This document shows positions 26,775 through 41,132 of a stretch of DNA of 64,000 nucleotides, piece by piece (position 1 is the first letter of the stretch; every line of letters begins with the position of its first letter). The DNA is from the human T2T-CHM13v2.0 reference genome, Homo sapiens. The notes under the pieces are model-generated. The model saw nothing but the letters and a program-made list of their open reading frames with translations. It was not told where the DNA came from and did no database searches. Position numbers and translations under genes: made by a program. The stretch lies in assembly GCF_009914755.1 (NCBI RefSeq), contig NC_060928.1. One strand, 5' to 3'.

Positions 26775-29255
26775 AAAAAAAAAAAACCAAGACCCATCTA
26801 TCTGTTGTCTTCAAGAGACCCATCTCACATGTAATGGCATCCATGAGCTCTAAGTAAAGGGTTGGAGAAAGATCTACCGCACACATGGAAAACAAAAGTG
26901 CAGGAGTTACTATTCTTACATCAGATAAAACAGACTTCAAACCAATAACAGTAAAAAAGAGCAAAGAAAGTCATTACATAATGATAAAGGGTTCAATTCA
27001 ACAAGAAGACTAAGCTATCTTAATTATATATGCACCCAATATTGGAGCACCCATATTCATAAAACACATACTTCTAGATCTACAAAGAGCCCTAGACAGC
27101 CCACAAAATAATTGTGGGAAACTTCAACAACTTACCAACAGTATTAGACCAATCATCAAGGCAGAAAACTAACAAAGAAATTCTGGACTTAAGCTTGACA
27201 TTTGGTCAGCTGGACCTAATAGACATCTACAGAATTTTCCATTCATCAATGACAAAATACACATTTTTCGAATCTGTATATAGAACACATTTCAAGATGG
27301 ACCACATGCTCAGCCATAAAGCAAGTCTCAATAAATTAAAAAATACATAGAAGTCATACCAACCACATTCTCGGAACACAGAGGAAAAAATATAAATCAA
27401 TGCCAAGAAGATATCTTCAAATCACAAATTTGCAAGGAAATTAAACAACCTGCTCCTGAATAACTTTCAGGCAAACAACAAAATGTCGGCAGAAATGAAA
27501 AATACCCTTTGAAATAAGTGAAGAGAGACACAGCATATTAAAATTTCTGGGACATGGTGAAAGCAGTGTTAAGAGGAAAATTTATAGCTAAATACCTACC
27601 TCAAAAATTTAGGAAGATCACAAACTAATGATCTAACATCACATCTAGAGGAACTAGAAAAAGAATAACAAGCTAACTCCAAAGCTGGCAGAAGAGAAGT
27701 AGTAACTAAAATCATTGTGGAGCTGAATGAAATTGAGATCCCAAAACCCATACAAAGAATTAACAAAACCAAAAGTTTATTTTTTGAAAATATAAACAGG
27801 ATTGTTAGACCACTAGCTAGGTTAACAGAACAGAGGGAAGGTCTAATTATGCACAATCAGAAATGACAGAGGTGACATTACTACCAATCACACAGAAATA
27901 CAAAAGATCCTCAGAGACTATTAAAAGCACTTCTATGCACACAAACTAGAAAATCTAGAAGAAATAAATTCCTGGGACCATGCAATCTTCCAAGATTGAA
28001 TCGGAAAGATATTGAAACACTGCAACAGACCAAATTGAGTTCTGACACTGAATCAGTGATTTAAAAAAAAAAAACTACTAATCAAAACAATTCTGGACCA
28101 AGTGGATTCACAGCCAAATTCTATCAGATGTATGTAGAAGAGTTGTTACAAATTCTACTGAAACTATTTCAAAAAATTCAGAAGAAAGGACTCCCACACA
28201 AGTCATTTTACAAAGCCAGCATCACCCTAATATCAATGCCTGGCAAAGACACAACAACAACAAAGAAAACTATAGGCCAATATCTCTGATTAATAGAGAT
28301 GTAAAAATCTTCAACAAATTACTAGGAAACCAAATTCAATAGCACATCAGTTAATTCACCAAGAGCAAGTAGGCTTCATTCCTGGGATGCAAGGTTGGTT
28401 CAACATGTGGGATTTAATAAATGTGATTTACCACATAAACAGAATTAAAACAAAAAAAAATGACCATCTCAAGAGATGCAGAAAAATATTTCAATAAAAT
28501 CCAACATTTGTTGATGATAAAAATTCTCAAGACACTAGATATTAAAGGAACATGCTCCCTAATAACAGCCATCTGTGACAAACCCATGACTGACATCATA
28601 CTGAACAGGCAAAAACTGGAAGCATTCCCTTGAGAGCTGGAACAAAATATGGATGGCCACTCTCACCGCTCCTGTTCAACATAGTTCTGAAACTGCTAGC
28701 GAGAGGAATCAGCAAGAGAAAAAAAAATAAAAAGGCATCCAAATAGAAAAAGAAGTCAAAATATCTCTCTTCACCTGATATTATTCTACACCTAAAGACT
28801 CCTACAAAAGGCTCCTGGAACTGATAAATTATTTCAGGAAGGCTTCAGGATACAAAACCAGTGTACAAAAATCAGTCACATTTGTGTACCCCAATAACGT
28901 TCAAGCTAAGATTGAAAACAAGAACACAATCTCATTTAAAGTAGTTACAAAAATTAAAATACCTAGAAATACATCTAACCAAGGAGGCAAAAGATCTCTA
29001 AGAAGAAAACTATAAAACACTGGTAAAAGAACTCATAGATGATACAAATGCAAAATTGTTCCATGCTCATGAATTGGAAGAATCAATATTGTTAAAATGG
29101 CCATACTGTCCAAAGCAATCTACAGATTCAATGCTATCCCTACGAAACTATGAATGTCATTTTTCACAGAATTAGAAAAAAAAAAATTCTAAAATTCATT
29201 TGGAGTCCCTAAAAGCCTGAGCAGTCAAAGCAATTCTATGAAGAAAGAACAAAAG
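26775..29255 (+). mobile_element. Older L1 (L1PB/L1MA grade) internal ORF2 fragment, EN through RT
   Basis: Endonuclease motifs (gNFN, LDLIDIYR, kmDHmL in ORF 27114-27350), cctgggatgcaaggttggttcaac, aaaatggccatactg; many stops and frameshifts; no 3'UTR or TSD. Confidence 0.9.
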
Positions 29256-29669
29256 ATAAGTATCTAATATCCACCTTGTAGTTGTAGGTAAGCCATGGCA
29301 TTTTGCCTATGCCCTTTAGTTTTCACTCCGTAGCAGGTTTTACAATTGCAAATGTCTCACGTGTGTGCATACATATCTGTCTATGTATGTGTGTGCATGA
29401 GTGTGTAAACTAAGTAAGAAAGCCCTTTTAGTCCACATTACCTGGGAGCAATTAATAGTCATATGATAAATAAAAAAGTATAAAAAATACAAATTACCTT
29501 TAAAGAAGCTAAAAATCAACAGAGTAAAAATCAACCCTATTAATATTCATAGAAATGTGGAGACACACCCTCTATTTCCACAAGATGTCCAAACAATGTC
29601 TGAGTTAAGCTTCTCGAATTCTCAATAGTTTACACAGATGTCAGTTCATAAACAGTACACATAGAACAC

Positions 29670-30060
29670 TGAGACTAGCATAATTCTTGAAGGGTTAATT
29701 TACAAATGGATGCCTTAGGGTTGGGGTAGAGATACCACAAAGGATAGTGAAGTAACCTGTCACTTCCTAGCAGCCATTTCCTTACCACAAGCACATCTGA
29801 AGGAGATCAAAATCAGAAGCAAAACATCCTGTACGGTCTGTGCTTTGTTTGAATCAGTGGTTAAAGATGTAGCTACTCACAGGGAAGAAGCAAGATGAAT
29901 TAGTATATTGGTCTAACTTCATCCTTCGCAGCTCCTGTTAAAGGCTCACCATTAGCTGAGGCCATTTAGAAGTCAGAGGACCCAGAAGACATAATGGACG
30001 TTAAAAAAGGTAATGGAAAAAAAAGTGGCACATGAATTTAAAGGAGCAAATAAGGTATCT
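29670..30060 (-). mobile_element. Possible ancient ERVL LTR (LTR16/33/41-like)
   Basis: ggatagtgaagtaacc...gctcaccattagctgaggcc...agaagtcagagg motifs; weak. Confidence 0.35.
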
Positions 30061-30186
30061 TTCACAGTTTAGAAACATTAGCTTTCATAGGGATAACTTC
30101 CAAACATATACGTGAGATAGTGTCTGTAAAATGCTTAGGACAATGTCTGGCTTGCACGAAAGAGGGTCTAAAAAATTATTAGGTTC

Positions 30187-30559
<373 letters not shown>

Positions 30560-30670
30560 TCATTCTTCTTCCTATATTTGCAAAATTTTCCAGCAAGAAT
30601 GAATAAATAGAAGAATCAAGGCCCCTTTTCTCTCAGAAGAAAGCATTTACTACGTTAAAGGAACACAAAC

Positions 30671-31716
30671 TGCATGTTGATGATACATCATTATATAAAT
30701 ATTTGACAATATTTGCTCCTTTATGAAGTAATTGGCATCAAGATTTAAGCTATCAAATACATTTATTATCTGCCATTTTGTATAAAACATATTTATATTG
30801 CTTTGAAATGAGCAGATATTTGCAAAGATACTGTCCTTGAGTGGAGATGTTGTGTTCATATTACTTCAATTTGGTCTGATAATTGTGGGTAGCAAAATCT
30901 AATGGTTCTGGGACACAAACTCTGTTAACATTGCTAACTGAGGTATTCAGTCAACTATTTTTGTATATACTTAATAGTTTTTGATGCTTCCTGGTGTACC
31001 TCTTGCTGTGGATTTCAAGCCAGTGCCAAAGATCTTGTTTGTATATACATATATTGAGGAGATATAGCAAAGTAAATAGTTTCTACAGGACTCCATGTCA
31101 TTGATTTCACATCCTGATAGGCAGCAGTTGTTCCAGGATCTCTGCTAAAACTCCTCATATCTAATAGCACTGCAAATAAGAGAATGGACTTTATTCATGC
31201 CAAAGTCAAACAGAATCCTCTAAAATTTAAGGGAATAATGGTTTTAATGCAAATATTTCTTTTTTGATTTCTAAAATATAGCTTTAGAAATTTATTGGAA
31301 AAAAATGTATGTTCTACTCTTGACACCTTGAAGAAAAATCTTTCCTGAATATTTGTACTTTTTTTTTCTCTAGACATACATGAAAAATAATTTTAGAAGA
31401 CTACTTTAGCAGAATTGTTAACATCTAGCATCTTTCAGTTGTGTGTGATTGGGGGAAAGAGAAGAGAAAAGACCTAAGGAATTAGATCCATTTTTGCCAA
31501 TGACAGTTATAAGACAAAATTAAAATAATATGAACATAACATCTCTAGCCAAGGACAGTTTCACTGCAAATATCTGCTCATCTCAAAGCAATATAAATAT
31601 ATTTTATACAAAATATTTTACAGCAAATATATTCAATAGCTTCAATCTTGATGAAAATTACTTCATAAAGAAAAAGTATTTCAAATATTTATGCAATGAT
31701 ATATTGTCAACATGCA
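30671..31716. repeat. Inverted repeat: arms 30671-30897 and 31492-31716, ~80% identical, ~595-bp spacer
   Basis: Hand alignment gives ~42 differences over ~227 columns; ORFs 30650-30859(-) and 31530-31790(+) give homologous translations. Confidence 0.92.
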
Positions 31717-34384
31717 ACATGCCCATGCCAAATATGCACTTCATTGTTTTCATTATCATCCATAATTCTTTAAATCTCCTCTTGTTCTAGCTGCCACTTA
31801 ATTTGTCAGCAGAATTTTCTAGAGAGATCAAGAATGTTTTTTTAAATGCTGACAATAGAGGAAAAGGACATTATTAGGAAAGAACAGAGAGACAGTGGTA
31901 ATAAACAATTTTAACATTTTTCAGAATACAAAAGTAAAAATAAAAAAAATTATAGTAGATTCATGTTATGACATGTAAAAAAAGTATGCTTAAGAAGAAT
32001 TGTTTCTATTTTTTGTTTTGTCTACCTACTGGCAACCTCCTCTGCCTGCTGTAAAATCCTGCTAGGAAAAGATGTCGTAGAGAACTTATAGATATTTGTA
32101 TAATTTTAATATCTCATTTTAAAAAGTATACCAATGACCAATAGATGTATACTAATTAAGGTAATCTGCGTGGATCAAATTGAGCACCCCAGATTTCAAA
32201 AGATATACAAAATCATTTACTGATGTGTGTCTTGATTCTGGTAGAGGCTGTCTGTAGACTTGGTGGTCAATGAGTAATTACATCATAGTAAAAATCATGT
32301 GGGTTCAATTAAATAAAATATGATTTGTTTAAAAATATAACAGAATGACTCAAATATGTATGAAATATATTTCTATTCTGATATATAAAAATCCAATTTT
32401 CTAATATGTTGTGTACAAGACCCGTGATGGTATGATGTTGCAAACCATAGTTGGGTGGTCTGTTAGATTTTACAATAAACATACTGCTCAGTAGGATCAT
32501 AGAGGAATGTGTGGGTATCAGAGAAGAGTGATGAGGTGAATATATTGGCAACCTGGAGGTTTGAAAAAGACATCTGAGCAATTCTTGTAATTCTTTATAT
32601 TTCCAAACTATATAGCAAAGGTAGAATTAAGCACAGAAAAAAATGGTAATAAGGCAAAAAGAAGGAGAAAACAAGATATCCTTTCATTGTCTAGCATGAT
32701 TTTTTGCATGACCCATGGAATAAAAATATAAAAAACTAACTTTCATAAGCAATATAATCTAACTTGCTTATAAAAAAAGCTGTCTTGATCATTAAAATCA
32801 TGTTTAATCTAAAATAATTTTCATTTAGGGAATTTTATAGATTATTCAAAGTATCAAAATATATCTGTACATAATTATAGCACCAATTGTATGAGTCACA
32901 GAGGTAAATTCTGCTTGAGCAAACATAAGAAAAGAGAGCATATGTTTTCTTTTTTTTTTTGCTTCATAGACATTTTTTCTTTTTAGAATAAAACTCTCTT
33001 CAACCAGAAAAAGATATTTCAATATGGTTTTTAATTTAAAAATAAGTCATGTGGTTCTTCATGATTAGTCCCTGATTTGAAAGCTTAGTCATTTGGGAAA
33101 AAATAAATATTGTTCAGTCAACACAGTATTTTCTTCTTTAAACTTTTTATTCACATGTCTTTTAGTTTACCAGTACCAATCCTGAAATACCTAAGACTGA
33201 GGATTTTAAAATTTCACATTTTTAATATTCTTTTTTAAATTAATGCCTCTTTTAACATCTAGAACTCATTGCCTAGTGAATTCCTTAATGTAGTCTCCAA
33301 TGCATAATACATAGCTAAGCTTCCTTTGGACAGGTAATATCTCTTTTCTGATTGATTAAAAGGAAGGAATACAAAGTATTAAGTAAAACACTAATTGAAA
33401 TATAAATATTTTAGTTTATTAGATAACCATCATAAAAATTATTCATACATGAAATTGAAACCATTTCATTGCATGTATTTTACTGATTACAGAATTTGTA
33501 ATGCATGTTCTACCCTGTGAAGAATAAAAATATTATCTTTCCAGAGTATCAAATATGTCATTGAGAATTTTATAGAATTTGCTGCCTGGGAAGAAGTAGA
33601 ATCACCTGACATTGTTAAACATTGGCAAAGACAGAAATAACAGCTTGTGCCAATGCAAATTGCCTGGAAGTTTGTCGATATAGATGAACATGGACAGATG
33701 GTTTTCTGAAAGCAGTATCATCTTGGTTTTCTACTTAACAGAAATGAAGGACCTCATATTTATGATGACATATTATAAATCATGAGAATGAAGCTGTTCA
33801 TTTTTCTTCTATACTTTTCTCTGTCAAGTAGAGACACTACTAGGAGAGTGCCTAGTGAGTACTTAAACACACATTGTAGAGTTAAAGTTATCCATTCTGT
33901 TTAGGTGATCTTGCCTATAATCATGGTCAAATATAGTATTCCACTCTTGCAGTAAAGAGTGATTATCCATCGATTTTAAAAGTTCTAAGTCTATATCCTT
34001 ATTGGAAGATGCGGACAGAAGAGGGAATTGTTGTTTGAAGTTTAAGAGTGTAGAATAGGGGAAAGTAGCACATGCTTGCATCTTACTTAGAGTTGCCTGG
34101 GTGGTCATAAAATCAAACCACCTGTTTAGGGATAAGAAGTACTTAGTGGTAACAGACATCAATAAGACAGAACACATCTTCAATGACCCCAGAAGGAAAA
34201 GATGTGTAAAGAGCTATCACAAAAGGTTAAACCTAAAGGAGAGAAGAGGGATCAGTGAAACAGGAAGATGTGTACAGTGATAGTTCTGAGAAAGGTTCTT
34301 TTACCCTAAAATGGCTTTTCAGTATTTTCTTGAGTGAAAACACCGGATATATTCAATAGCAATTCTAACACAAAAAGACTTGGC

Positions 34385-34738
<354 letters not shown>

Positions 34739-36061
34739 TTAACCACTTCCAATTTAAGGTCCAAGTGTCCAGACCCCCATGTCTGTAAGAGATCATTGCT
34801 AGTCACAAACTTTCAGGAAAACAATAATCCTAGCTTGTACTTCCCAATAACAAATTAGAAGTGTCTCTTCTGCAATTTGATTGAATCAGCTCCAAGGAAA
34901 AACACTGCTGTAAAAAATATATATATATATAATTATGTATATATGGGTACAATTTTAAATACATTTCATTACATTGATGTACTCTCAAAAATAATAAACA
35001 TGCAAACTAAACTCCTAACTGTTGCTTAGACAATACTATAGATACATGTAGTCAATAACCTTTCTCCTGAACTGTAATCTCAATGAAATAAACTGATCTT
35101 TAACCCAAAGAAATGTAAAGACCATCAGTATGGGATTACATTTCCTTTATAATGGCTTTAATCAAGTGTAACTATACTGCTGAGTATAACTACAATTGCA
35201 TTAAATTACAATTTACTTAAGAATATTCAAGAGTCCTTAAATTTTCAAAATATAAATAAAGCCTAACTTAATATTAAAGCTAATTTTAAACAGAAAATGT
35301 TTTTACCTTGTATTAAAATTATTAGACACACTACAATTACCCAACTTAAACCTGTTCCAGTTAGATATTTTTCTGAATCCAGAAGCTAGTAACATATAAT
35401 ATCTCTGTACATAACATCTTTACAAGATAGTTTTAAATATGACATATTTACAATCATTTAAATTTTGTTTTTGCTACCAATTGACTAGTGAAAATTCATA
35501 CAATATCCTCATTTTTCAAGTAATAAGCATTTTATGGTAGTTAGCATTCAGATTGCTTCACAATCCATTTTCCTCAAGCTATATTTTCTTCCTCTGAAAT
35601 CCAAATTAATCATAGATTTCCATAGAAATCCAAATTAATCATAATTCTACTTTTGTGAAAGTAGAATTAAGGAGGAGATTCAATGGGTGATTAGTGGACA
35701 ATTATCTTAGTTCTTTTTACAAAATTAGAAGACTTAATTTTTAAAACAAATTCAAAATCTTTTTTATATTTGAATATCTTATCCACAGCTTGGATGTGAA
35801 AACTTATATTTTTTCTGTTTCTACAGTCTAGTTTTGAGTTACGATTGTACCATAATCTATTATGGACAAAAAATAAAAATACTTATAGAGCACAAAATTT
35901 GAGAAGGAATGAAACATAATCCTTACCCCTTCACCCTTTCTGAAAAAGATTATAATAACAAGAATGATGATAAAAATGCATATGTAGCATAAAAACTATT
36001 TTCAAATCCTGATTCTATTGCTGATAGTAAGGATATGGCATCTCTTTAAAAGGAAGATAAC

Positions 36062-36598
36062 TGTGGCATTTTTAAAATATAGCCACGAATACTTTCAATG
36101 TCCTCACATCAAAGGGTAGACATCATGTTTCTTCCCCCTGAAGTCAGAGAGGCTGTGATTGCTTAAACCAACTGACCATTAAAGTAATTCTATGTGACTT
36201 CTGAGGCAAGATTTTTAAAGGCAATAAATTGACCCATTAACTGAAACACTCAGGCAAGCTACCTGTATGATTCCATGCTGTGAGGAAGTTCAAGTTACAT
36301 GAAGAAGCAATATTCAGACACTCTGGTTAAGAGATTATTTTGAGCCCAGCCTTTAAGTCATACCAATGCAGGAGCCAAATATGTAAATGAAGAAGCTTTC
36401 AGAAGATTTCATGTCCAACGTTTAATTCATTCCTAGACATCTAGGACTTCTCAGAAGCCCAAATATTGTAGACCACAGAAATGTCACCCCACTTTGCATT
36501 TTCAACCCCCTGACCCCAGAATATATGAGGATGACAAAATGGTTATTGCATCATGCCACTGAATTTCAGTAGTTTGTTTTGCAGAAATAACTAGCAGA
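36062..36598 (+). mobile_element. MLT1G-like MaLR solo LTR
   Basis: tgtggcatttttaaaatatagccac...tgtgacttctgaggc...ccatgctgtgaggaag...aaaatggtt...gccactgaattt...gcagaaataact. Confidence 0.8.
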
Positions 36599-37020
36599 AG
36601 CAATCACAAATAGAAATGTTTTCTTTCTCCACAATTTGGAAGACCATCACAAAAAGGAAAGAAGAGAAAATGTGGCATAGCACAAACCTGAGTCTTCCAT
36701 TTGACAGCTGTAAATTTTGGGAATTGGTATTTAAATCATGGATGATATTCTCATATTCTAGGCATTTATGAAAGGTTAAATTAGATAGCATAATTAAAGT
36801 ATCAGACAAAACTGTGCTTTCAACAAAAAATGCATAGTTATTTTATCCCTCCCCTTATTATTAAATAAATTTTAATAGGTCTTTTTATAGGTGAAACATT
36901 ATTGCCAGAAAAGAATTTCAAACTATATAAATGAGAAAAAAACAATGTTAGGCTTTTTTGAAATTAAGGAAAATTTCATAGTGCAAGAGGTATTGGTAAT
37001 GCAGTCTATAGACATAAAAA

Positions 37021-37545
37021 TTTCATTCATTTTAATAAATACATGAGTATCTCACAGGAAGAATACAAAGTTTGAGATACACAGGTAAATAAAAGGGTTG
37101 CATTTCCAGTTCTCATGGAATTTAGAATCTAGCAGGTAAATAAATGGGAATCACAAACGATTTTTAGCCTGATGAGTTTTTAATAGAGAAGACCTCAATA
37201 CTATGGGAATATACAGCAGCAAAATTTACCCTTGTCTCCCTGAAAATAAACCATTAAACAGATTCAAAATAATAGACCGTAGCTCGTAAATATTAGAGAA
37301 GTATGCCTTAAAGAAGCAGCAATAGACATAAAAGCTGTGAGAAGAAAGAATGCAGAACACCTTAGTGAAATCGAGAGACGACTAGTTTGTTTGGGTCATA
37401 GACACCAGTAAGGACACGTGACTGGAGACAGAAGTCAGGGCTATATGAAAAGGACCTTTAGTAGATTACCGAATTTCTCTTAAGGGCAATAGTACATTAT
37501 TCAAAGGGGTTAAGCAAGTGATTTCAGATATTTGTTTTAAAATGT
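37021..37545 (-). mobile_element. L2 3' region
   Basis: ttcattcattttaataaatacatgagtatct...ttctcatggaatttagaatctagcagg...ttaagcaag...cagatatttgttttaaaa. Confidence 0.65.
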
Positions 37546-40500
37546 TAGCTAAAGAATGCACAATCTATATGACTCTCCAGAGTAAAACTCTTAGGGATTT
37601 TCATACTTTTTTTTCCCTTTTGATGCTCATGACATACCCTCATTCAAAAAAGGTTTGGGCATTATTCTTCTATAATTATACAACAGACATAAGAATACTT
37701 GATTTATGATTTGTACTCTCATGCCCTGATTCAGGAATCAGAAATATAAAGCCTTTTTATCACATACATGATTCAACTGGCAAAACTATTTAAATTTATC
37801 GCTATGTTGTTTCATGATTTAAAAAAAAAAATCCTACAAAATGAGTTTACACTCTAAACTGTATCCCAAGGATAGCAAGAAATTTCACAGAAATATATTT
37901 AAAGAGGATTGGTTAAGTTTTGAAAAACTAGTATGCAGCTTTGTATAATTACTAAACTGAAGAACAAAATATTAAATTATATCATGATAAACCTCTCATA
38001 TTATTTTTTGTCATAGTATCAAATGTCTATATATTTGCTTTACATTTAACTATTGACACTTGTAGTTTGAAAGCCTCTTAGTCTTTCTTGCTGTCTAATG
38101 GACGTTTGCTTAATAGGCCTTGATACTATTGTAGGCTTGAATTTATATAAATCTTACCTCCAGAACACACAATATAATAACTACCTATCCTATACAGAGG
38201 GTCCAGATATTCTACTTATGTCTTTCTGGTCTCATTCATAGAACTTATTTCTACTACTAGTAACTCTTCTCATGAGAAAACAAACAAAAAACAAAAACAA
38301 AAAAAAAAGTGTACTTTCTCTTCACTCGCTTGCTTCTGCTCCCTGTCTCGTGGATTCAATTTGCTTGTTCTTTGCTCACGGAAAGGATGCTTGGATCCAG
38401 AATGTGACTTTGCTTTCTGTGGTGCCAGCTCTTCCGCTAGCGTCTTTCCTTTTATCCCTTTATTAAAAATTATTCTAACATTATATTTTACTTTCAGCAT
38501 ATTTTCTACCAACATTCATCAGAGTTAGTAAGGAATCTCTGGTTAAAGTTAAGCATTATGGCTAGTAAGTTAAATGAAAGTTAAGTATATTCAACATGTA
38601 TAAATATTGGCATACAGCATAGCATCCAAGGACATAGTCTTACAAGATAATTAAAACACTTAACTTTGATATGTGAGAGCTTGTTTTGAAAATGAAACTC
38701 TACACCCACACACCAACATAACATTTACCAGAAAATTTTCAAGTTATTTTTTTCAAAGGAATGTCTGTTACTATGATCACAAAATTTGGATGTCAGGAGT
38801 AATTAATTATCTCATACTTTTATCCACAATGCTTAGACAGTAGGAATCAAAGTTTTAAATTGGGACATAAATCTGGAAAAAAAAAGTTAAATTGGCTCTG
38901 TGTGATCTTATGTATAACTAAGAATGCTTATAGTTTTCATCAAACTATTCTCTTTTAAAGGTTTGCTTTATAGCCAATTAGTTTTGCTGTAGTCTGAGTC
39001 ATATATTTAATAATGAGAAAAAATGTTTTCTATATGTTGTTTTAGAAGAGATGGAAAAGCACTTCAGAATTTTGTCAGAAAAAAAAGAAATATGTATCAA
39101 AGTAATTTTTCACTTTGTTACAAATTCGAATGTGTCGACATCTACTCTATATATTAAAGCAAAGTCTATTCAACACATGCATAAATAATGGAATTAATAA
39201 TATAAAATATAAATGACTGTGCAAATAAGTTGACAAATTGTTGAAAGTTATTTGCTAGAACATGAAAGTCAAATAATAAAAGTTGGGGAATACCAAAATA
39301 TCATGTGCTTTTTTTTGTCTAGGGAGACTGATTACTTAATCCACTTCTTTTTAAAGCTTCATGAGCACTCAAATATATTGTAACTCTTTCTGAATGAAAA
39401 GATAATATTCATACAATGAATGTGAGGGTTTCATGTTGATCTTCCTATTGCCTTTTGTTTAACAACAAAACAACCTTTCTAACCTAACAATATAAAACAA
39501 AAATTATTTGAGTATCTAGCAGACTTCTCTTGGAGAAAGAAATATACTGGACCCAATTTGCTGTAGAGAGTGAGATTCCAAAGCATATTTTAGAAGAAAG
39601 AAGAGAAATTAACTTAAAAAAACCCGAATTTCCTTGCATAAGAAATAAATGCAGAAGTCCCACCTCTAGAATGGCAATGTGAAGAGCTCCATGGATCTTT
39701 TTTCCAGTGAAAGTGTTGAAAATTATAAAACAACCATCATCTATGTCACTTGAAAAGTCATATCGGTACATAGAAAATGATGAAGTATTTATTCAAGAAA
39801 ATCTATTGATACTCACTAAGAACAGTGAGAGTATTTTTGCATTTGATCCACAACCCATTCTTACCTCTCTTCTCACAGCCTATCTTGATATAAACTCTAC
39901 TCAAGGCAATGTAGCCAAGAACACAGGACTTTTACTAGACGCCATTGGGGGGCTACAGTATGTTTCTGAGAGTAACAGTACATCAGAATTTTTCATTTCA
40001 ACCCCCACCTGCTGCCACTACCTGTTCTTGAGGTTAAGCTTTTGTTGAATGTGGCCAAGAAGTGAGATGTCACTTCTTCCTACCAGCTCTAATTCATGGA
40101 ATGAGGACTGTTTGGGTGCAACACACTGAGAACACTGGGCCCTGATTGTCTTCTTTCTGGTTTGTCTGTAAGGCAAAGTTCTCATTCCAGGAGTGGCAAG
40201 CTGAGATTACCAATGGCTACTCCTCATCCCAGTGACCCAGTCTCAAAGTAGGGCTGTCACTCCGAGAGGAGAATGTTGCTCTCTTTGCTGCAATCACCAG
40301 AGCCAAAGCTCACAAGTTTTGCCCAAAGGAAGGGGCAGAACATACAGCAGAAGAGTGATAAAACTTTTCCCACAAGAAGAGTTTGGGGGAAATTCAACCA
40401 TAAGGATACTTTGAAAAACAATGAAGAGATGGTAAAAAGCAAATAAGAAGGACTGGCACTTTATTAGAGACATATGCTTTGAAACAAAGGTCAGCTAGTT

Positions 40501-40685
40501 TACCAGGAATAACCCAGGAAAAAGACAGCTAAGAAGAGCCCTTCTGGTGTCAGGAAGAAGTTTCAAATGCTGAACAAATGAAAAGACCTGAAATAATAAA
40601 TAAGACTGTTAATATAACAAAAGCTGTAAAGACATAGTACGTTTCTTTTTATCTCTTTTTTTTAAAGACATAAAATTATGTCAAG

Positions 40686-40703
40686 TGTGTTAGTCTGTTC
40701 GTG

Positions 40704-40749
<46 letters not shown>

Positions 40750-41132
40750 TATATATACACATATATATATAAATACACATATATATATACACGTATATAT
40801 ATATATCAGAGACTGAGAAATTTGTAAAGAACTTTATTTCTCATAATTCTGCAGGCTGGAAGTTTAAGATCAATTTGCTGGCAGGTTTGGTGTCTGCTGA
40901 GGTGCCTTGAATATCCTCAGAGGGGATGAATGCTGTATTTTCAAATGGTGAAAAGGATGAAATGGCAAAGGGTCCTAATTCCTCCAGCCCTTTTATGAGA
41001 CACTCATACCATCGATGAGGACAGAGTCCTAATAGCCTAATCACGTCCTCAAGGTTCCTGCTCTTAATGCTGTCACATTGAAATTGAGTCTCAACATGAA
41101 CTTTGGAGAGGACAAAACAACAAATCATAGCA
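40686..41132 (-). mobile_element. MLT1A1/MSTD-like MaLR LTR
   Basis: Reverse complement tgctatgatttg...cagacaccaaacctgccagc...ttccagcctgcagaattatgagaaataaa; perfect 5-bp TSD tcaag 40681-40685 / 41133-41137. Confidence 0.85.
40707..40806. repeat. (TA)n with CA interruptions inside the LTR
   Basis: Read directly. Confidence 0.95.

Noticed and set aside
30650-31790. Homologous ORF pair (69 aa on -, 86 aa on +) suggesting a duplicated microprotein gene
   Set aside because: Over the first 47 codons 15 residues differ and only about one difference is synonymous, after which the frames diverge. That pattern shows no purifying selection; the pair is a by-product of the inverted repeat.
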